A model generated the notes under the pieces. The model saw nothing but the letters and a program-made list of their open reading frames with translations, searched no databases and had not been told where the DNA came from. Position numbers and translations under genes: made by a program. Source: Candidatus Electronema halotolerans (GTDB taxonomy: Bacteria > Desulfobacterota > Desulfobulbia > Desulfobulbales > Desulfobulbaceae). From it: DNA of 32,000 nucleotides. Where the stretch lies: NCBI GenBank assembly GCA_942493095.1, contig OW818675.1:1290001-1322000 (forward strand), in the 5' to 3' direction. Positions 27,100 to 32,000 of this stretch are shown piece after piece. Every line of letters begins with the position of its first letter. Position 1 is the first letter of the stretch.

Positions 27100-28887
27100 A
27101 TGAAACGACGCATTCTTTTTCTTCTGCTGCTGACCGGTGTGGCTGCTGCCGCCCTGTACTGCACGGTCATCCGGCCCAAGATGAGCGGCACCGCCTTCAT
27201 CAAGACACTGGAGGGCAGTGTGCGGGAAGCAGCCCATTCCTCCTGCGTCCGCCAGCTTGTCTCCGGCGACTGGCTCTATCCCCAGCCTCTGGACCCGCTG
27301 ACCTTGGTGCCGCAGGATGCCCTGCTCATGCTTGACACTGCCAATGCCGCTGCGGCTGGCCAGACCTTTCTCCAATCCCGCTTCGGCCAGACCGTGACAG
27401 CGGTCAACTGGCCTGCGGTGCTGAGAAAATTGGATGCGCCGCCGCTCTTGTCCATCATGTTCAAAAAGCAGGCCGCCAGTTTCAAGACTTTGTTGCGCAA
27501 GCCATTTCTTCAAGACATTTTCAGCCGCAGAACCGTCCTTGCCCTGCTGCCGCCGGACAACACAGAGCAGCTCTGGGCCAATCCGGTGCAGCAGCTGCTT
27601 GCTCAGACCATGCTGATCTCTGCTCCGGGCAAGCAAGGAACAACCGCTGCCCTGCTGGCCTTGCGCAAGACAAAGCAGCGGACTGATCTGTTCTATTATC
27701 AAGGCATCAGCATCCTGACCGTGGACTTGGACCAGGGCCGCAGGCTTCATGCCGCCGCGCTGGGCGGGCAGCTCGTCTTTTCCTTCAGCCCGGCTCCCTT
27801 GCAGCGAAGCATTGATGCCTTTATTCGGCATTTCATCTGCAAAAAAAATGGCCTGCTCCGGGTCAGCGACTATGTGGAGATGAAAGCCGCAACAGAGGGG
27901 CAGGATGATTTTTTCCTCTATGCCAACCTTGCCAAACTGAAGCAGCTGCTTGGCCAGCAGGATGAGGCTGCCATGCCGTCCGGCATCCGCAGCATGAGCC
28001 TCTTGCATCAGCGCAGGGAGGAGACAGAATATTTCAAGACCATGATCCGTTTTTCCCCGGAACACCTGCTGCCTTTGCAGAAACAATGTTATACTGCCGA
28101 GCCGCAGCGCGACCGCAGCTTGGCCCTGATGCCCGCCAATCTGCTGCTCTATTTCTGGACCAACTGGCTGGAGCCGGAGTTCTGGCAGCAGGCGGTGCTG
28201 GCCGATGCGGCAGAAAACCAGTTCCTTGCCAGTGCAGAGGCTTGGCTGCGCAAGCAGACCGGCATGGGGCTGGAGGAAACCATTGCTCTGTTCGGGCAGG
28301 AGTTCAGCTTTAACACCAATGAGATCAGCACAGCAGGCTTTTTCCCTGTGCCCCGCCTCTGCTTTGTCTTGGAGGTGCGGGAGCGGAAAAAGGCCGAGCG
28401 TTTTCTCGGCAAGCTGCTGGCTGGTCTGCCGCTCAAACGGAAAAAGGTCAATGGCGCAACCGTGGTCTCACTGCAAGCGGCCAAGGGCATGATGCAGCCC
28501 TCATACACCTTTGTGGACGATTTTCTGATCTTGGCCGACAGCCGGGAGCAGGTGCTTGACATTCTCAGCCCGGACAAGAAAAAAATGCTCCAAGACAGCG
28601 CGTTTCAGGCGGTCAACACGGGCATGACCCAACCCTCGAACCTGCTCGTCTTTGCCCGGGTGGCTGAATTGGTCCATGGCCTCAAAGAGCTGGCTGCCTG
28701 GGCCGGGGCCATGATTGCGGTGCGTGATGAGGAGGCCGGGGCCAAGAGCAAGGTGCTGGTTGATGAGGTCATCTCCCCTGTGCTCGACAGTCTCAGCACC
28801 TTTGCAACCGTCAGTCTGCGCAGTCAGGTCAGGCCGGGCGAGCTGATGCTGGAAACCGCAGCCTGGCGGGATGAGCAGAAAAAATAA
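27100..28887 (+). CDS. Large DUF3352-like protein with N-terminal membrane anchor
   Basis: MKRRILFLLLLTGVAAAALYCTVI anchor. PQDALLMLDTANAAAAGQTF... and TFVDDFLILADSREQVLDIL segments resemble DUF3352-type proteins. Family call is tentative. Confidence 0.6.
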   Translation: MKRRILFLLLLTGVAAAALYCTVIRPKMSGTAFIKTLEGSVREAAHSSCVRQLVSGDWLYPQPLDPLTLVPQDALLMLDTANAAAAGQTFLQSRFGQTVTAVNWPAVLRKLDAPPLLSIMFKKQAASFKTLLRKPFLQDIFSRRTVLALLPPDNTEQLWANPVQQLLAQTMLISAPGKQGTTAALLALRKTKQRTDLFYYQGISILTVDLDQGRRLHAAALGGQLVFSFSPAPLQRSIDAFIRHFICKKNGLLRVSDYVEMKAATEGQDDFFLYANLAKLKQLLGQQDEAAMPSGIRSMSLLHQRREETEYFKTMIRFSPEHLLPLQKQCYTAEPQRDRSLALMPANLLLYFWTNWLEPEFWQQAVLADAAENQFLASAEAWLRKQTGMGLEETIALFGQEFSFNTNEISTAGFFPVPRLCFVLEVRERKKAERFLGKLLAGLPLKRKKVNGATVVSLQAAKGMMQPSYTFVDDFLILADSREQVLDILSPDKKKMLQDSAFQAVNTGMTQPSNLLVFARVAELVHGLKELAAWAGAMIAVRDEEAGAKSKVLVDEVISPVLDSLSTFATVSLRSQVRPGELMLETAAWRDEQKK

Positions 28888-29056
28888 GCGGACAGACATG
28901 GAAAACGAATTATATCTTGAAGCAATCCATATTTTTGTGTAACAATAACAGCTCAGACAGCGCGCAGGCCGTTTCCAGCGGCTGCGTTGAGGAAGCAGCG
29001 TCTTTTTCAAAGATACTTCATATATTTATCTCAATATCAACTAGGGAGCAACACAG

Positions 29057-29953
29057 ATGGCTATCACAGTGCAGGCAATCGCCGAGAGCATCAATATCAT
29101 GGGCAAGCGCAGCGGCGGAGCCATGAAGGAGCGGATTCCAGGGCCGATTCAGGAAATGGCGCGGGAGGAGGCTGAGGCCGGCGCATCCTATCTGGACCTC
29201 AACATCGGCCCGGCCCGCAAGGATGGCACAGAGCTGATGCCTTGGATGGTTGAGACGGTGCAGAGCACAGTGGACACGCCGCTCTGTCTGGACACCACCA
29301 ACACTGATGCCATGACCGCAGGCTTCAAGGTGGTCAGCAACAAGACCGGCGCGATCATGAATTCCATTTCCGCCCAGCCGGAGCGGATGGAGAAGCTGAT
29401 CCCTGTGGCTGCCGAGGCGGGCTGCAATGTCATCGCCCTGCTCTGGGGACCGGAAGGCATGCCCCGCGATTACAACGAGCGGGCGGAAATGGCTGTCGGG
29501 CTGATGATGGCTCTGAGCGAGGCTGGCATCCCGAACGAGAAGATGCTTTTTGATCCCATTGCCACCCCGATCACCCTTGGCTCAGATCAGCTTGCCGCTG
29601 GTTTGGATTTTCTGCGGGATTTGCAGGAAATCGCTCCGGGTGCAGGCTCCACGGTCGGGCTGTCCAATGTTTCCAATGGCGTGGCCGAGCACCTGCGCAA
29701 GTATCTCGACCGCACGTATTTGATCATGCTCATGAAGCACGGCATCAAAACCGCGATTGTCAATGCCTATGACAAGGAGCTGATGGCCATCTGCAAGGGC
29801 GAGCAGCAGGATATGGTTGATCTGGTGCATGGCATGATGGACGGCAATGATCCTGATCCTGCCGGTCTGAGCGGTGCCGCGCTGGAGCACTATAAGACCT
29901 ACAAGGTGCTCTCTGGTCAGACCGTGTTTTCCGAGTCCTGGCTGGAGCTGTGA
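29057..29953 (+). CDS. Methyltetrahydrofolate:corrinoid/iron-sulfur protein methyltransferase-like (pterin-binding, AcsE/MtrH-type)
   Basis: ESINIMGKRSG...EAGASYLDLNIGPARKDG...TPLCLDTTNTDAM...IMNSISAQPERM...LFDPIATPITLG...STVGLSNVSNG. Confidence 0.88.
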   Translation: MAITVQAIAESINIMGKRSGGAMKERIPGPIQEMAREEAEAGASYLDLNIGPARKDGTELMPWMVETVQSTVDTPLCLDTTNTDAMTAGFKVVSNKTGAIMNSISAQPERMEKLIPVAAEAGCNVIALLWGPEGMPRDYNERAEMAVGLMMALSEAGIPNEKMLFDPIATPITLGSDQLAAGLDFLRDLQEIAPGAGSTVGLSNVSNGVAEHLRKYLDRTYLIMLMKHGIKTAIVNAYDKELMAICKGEQQDMVDLVHGMMDGNDPDPAGLSGAALEHYKTYKVLSGQTVFSESWLEL

Positions 29954-30104
29954 CAGGGGCGGCGCACTTGGTTAGGTGCGCCAGGGATGGAGGCGGCGCC
30001 AAGCCGCCTTTGTCCTGCATGAGAACATACGAAGAGCAACCTGCGGCTGAATCAAGGGCTGGCCGTCTGCCGCCCGGCAAGCCGCGTGTCACAAAGGAGA
30101 ATTC

Positions 30105-31193
30105 ATGAAGACAAACACCCTGCGGAAACCGCTGCTCTGGACAACAGGCATTCTTGCTTTTCTGCTGGTCATGCTTGCCATCAAGATCGCCAATCCAGAA
30201 GCGACCTTGTTGGGGTCAATCGGCCTGATCCTTCTGACAGTGCTGCGCAGTCTGCAATGGCTGCTCGCCCTGTCTCTGGGCGTGCTGTTCTGTCTGATCT
30301 TTCTTTTTGCAGTCTTTTTTGGCGCAGTTGGATTGGCAAGCAAAAAGGAGGCGGCCCGCATGTACGGAGAGCTGCTCAAGACTGTGGGCGGCTGGTGGCA
30401 GCCTGCGCTGAACTGGCTGCCGCAGTGCGACTGCAAGAACCAGCCTCCTGTTGTCAGCTTTGAGCCGGTGCGCCAAGAAGTGCAGACGGATATCAAGGCC
30501 ATCCAAGATCAGCTTCATGCCACCAAAGACCTGCTCTCCGCCAAAGTGGAGCGGCTGTCCGAGCGGATTGACACGCTGGAGGAAATGACCGCCAGCATGG
30601 CTGACAGCGGCCAAGTTGAGAGCCTGCGGCAGGAGGTCAGCGGGGCGATGGACTCCTTGGCCGGAATCCAGAGCGCGGTGGACGGCATGAAGACCTGCGT
30701 GGAGCAGACTGCCGCCCAGTTGAGCGAAGTCACACCGGAGAAAGTGCTCGGCGATCTGCCGGAGCGGCTGCGGACGCTGGAGGAACGGCCCCAGCAGGTG
30801 CTCGACATTGCGCCGTTAGAAAAGGACATTGCCGTCATGCAGGAAGAGCTGGCCTCAGTCCGGGAAAAGGCGGACAAGGCGCTGTCCTCTGCCGCCGCAC
30901 TGCCAGAGCCAAAAACAGAAGAAGCAGCTTCTGCCGCTCCGGTTCAGCAGGAGGATGAGGAACTGCCTGATCAGGCAGGCACTGGCGAGCATCGGATATT
31001 CAGCTACTTTGATGACCCTGCTGACAAGGTCAAGGTGGCGGAAATGGTTGATGCGGCTTTGGATAAGAACATGAATTACAAGCAGGTGATTGATGCGGTG
31101 GTCAAAGGGCTGGGTCCGAAAAAGGGCAAGATCATCAGCTCGCACCCCTCACTGATCAAAGATTACATCCGCAGCTGCCGCAGCACTGATTGA
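30105..31193 (+). CDS. Membrane protein with two hydrophobic helices and long coiled-coil domain
   Basis: Two N-terminal TM segments, CDCK, then heptad-rich region (QTDIKAIQDQLHATKDLLSAKVERLSERIDTLEEM...). C-term FDDPADKVKVAEMVDAALDKNMNYKQVIDAVVKGLG. Confidence 0.7.
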   Translation: MKTNTLRKPLLWTTGILAFLLVMLAIKIANPEATLLGSIGLILLTVLRSLQWLLALSLGVLFCLIFLFAVFFGAVGLASKKEAARMYGELLKTVGGWWQPALNWLPQCDCKNQPPVVSFEPVRQEVQTDIKAIQDQLHATKDLLSAKVERLSERIDTLEEMTASMADSGQVESLRQEVSGAMDSLAGIQSAVDGMKTCVEQTAAQLSEVTPEKVLGDLPERLRTLEERPQQVLDIAPLEKDIAVMQEELASVREKADKALSSAAALPEPKTEEAASAAPVQQEDEELPDQAGTGEHRIFSYFDDPADKVKVAEMVDAALDKNMNYKQVIDAVVKGLGPKKGKIISSHPSLIKDYIRSCRSTD

Positions 31194-31199
31194 TTTTTG

Positions 31200-32000
31200 T
31201 AAGGGCGAAAGTAACTACTCAGGCATCCGCCAAGCCTCTTGACAAAATCAACAGGTAAAGATTATGCTGCCGTTATGAATTTCAGTGTTCCTAGTGAAAA
31301 AGAAGTCCGTGCTGCATACGCAGAAGGCGAAGAAGCGGTCGTCGCCCTGTTTAGCAGTATAACTGCGCAGGTTGAAAACCTCGCCGCTCAGTCAGCCAAG
31401 CAGTCCGAGATATTGAAGGATTTGCAGGCCCGGCTGTCGAAAAACAGTCGGAACAGCGGGAAACCGCCTTCGAGCGATGGATACGGTAAAGCGAAGCGAA
31501 CGGAAAGTCTGAGAGAGTCCGGCAGGAAGCCGAACGGCGGCCAGCCAGGTCATCAAGGGCATACTCTTGAGCGGTCTGCGGCACCGGATTCTACGGAGAG
31601 GTATAAACCCGAGGAATGCGCGGCTTGCAAAATGTCGCTTGCGGATGTCGTCGCTGTCGGAGAGGAGGAACGGCAGGTTTATGATATTCCGGCGATTCGG
31701 ATTGAAGTGACCTCGCATCGAGCGGAAATAAAAATCTGTCCCGGCTGCGGCACGGAAAACAGAGGCAAATTCCCGGAAAACGTCGGACAGGGCATCCGTT
31801 ACGGCACGGGGGTGAAAACTTGGGCGGCATATTTCGCGAACCAGCATCATATTCCGCTTGAACGGGCTGCGCAGATTATCGAAGACCTGACCGGGCATTC
31901 CGTCTCCGAGGGTTCGCTGCTGAAGGCATCGGAAGAGCTTTGCGGATGCGTGCGTCCTTCAACGGAAGCAGTCGAAAAACTGCTCATGAATACCGATGTG
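31200..32000 (+). mobile_element. Left part of an IS66-family element
   Basis: GTAAG-type start (tgtaagggcgaaagtaac) near 31200, about 75 bp before the transposase. The other end is outside the window. Confidence 0.6.
31275..32000 (+). CDS. IS66-family transposase, N-terminal part (runs off window)
   Basis: Open frame ATG 31275 to the end: QARLSKNSRNSGKPPSSDGYGKAKRTESLRESGRKPNGGQPGHQGHTLERS ... CPGCGTEN ... LERAAQIIEDLTGHSVSEGSL. Missing from the supplied ORF track, likely because no stop lies in the window. Confidence 0.92.
   Translation, partial: MNFSVPSEKEVRAAYAEGEEAVVALFSSITAQVENLAAQSAKQSEILKDLQARLSKNSRNSGKPPSSDGYGKAKRTESLRESGRKPNGGQPGHQGHTLERSAAPDSTERYKPEECAACKMSLADVVAVGEEERQVYDIPAIRIEVTSHRAEIKICPGCGTENRGKFPENVGQGIRYGTGVKTWAAYFANQHHIPLERAAQIIEDLTGHSVSEGSLLKASEELCGCVRPSTEAVEKLLMNTDV

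Noticed and set aside
26914-28086. 390-aa minus-strand ORF
   Set aside because: Antisense to the 595-aa plus-strand gene, and composition indicates a shadow ORF.

Overview
Window from what looks like a moderately GC-rich Desulfobulbales/Desulfobacterota-type genome. The taxon is inferred from gene content and is not proven. Main contents, left to right: (1) 3' part of a highly repetitive collagen-like (Gly-X-Y) protein gene with a non-collagen C-terminal domain, then a kinesin-light-chain-like TPR membrane protein. (2) An ArsR-type regulator with a perfect palindromic operator candidate, followed by an MMPL/RND-family exporter. (3) An AT-richer accessory segment (about 6.7-11.4 kb) between the exporter and its likely partner genes. 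It carries an AAA ATPase/TOPRIM-like (OLD-like) gene split by an intact-looking 1045-bp IS630-family element, a degenerate 21-bp/heptad-encoding repeat tract, a frameshifted YgiT-type zinc-finger gene, a DUF2442 gene, and an antitoxin/PIN toxin pair. (4) LolA-like, outer-membrane beta-barrel and small inner-membrane genes. (5) nadE, a Cys-rich exported peptidoglycan-binding protein, a DUF3108 protein, pbpC, mpl, a lipoprotein, a TtcA-like protein, a DUF89 protein, a methyltransferase, GT2 and DUF2304 genes, and a Tat-exported superoxide-reductase-like protein. Further right are a large DUF3352-like protein, an AcsE/MtrH-like corrinoid methyltransferase, a membrane coiled-coil protein, and the start of an IS66-family transposase. 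Strongest unusual signals: the IS630 insertion whose in silico removal exactly restores a 560-aa ATPase-nuclease ORF; a 5 x 23-bp array of imperfect palindromes before the GT2 gene; the 21-bp heptad repeat tract; and the Cys-rich PG-binding protein. No complete new system can be proven from sequence reading alone.
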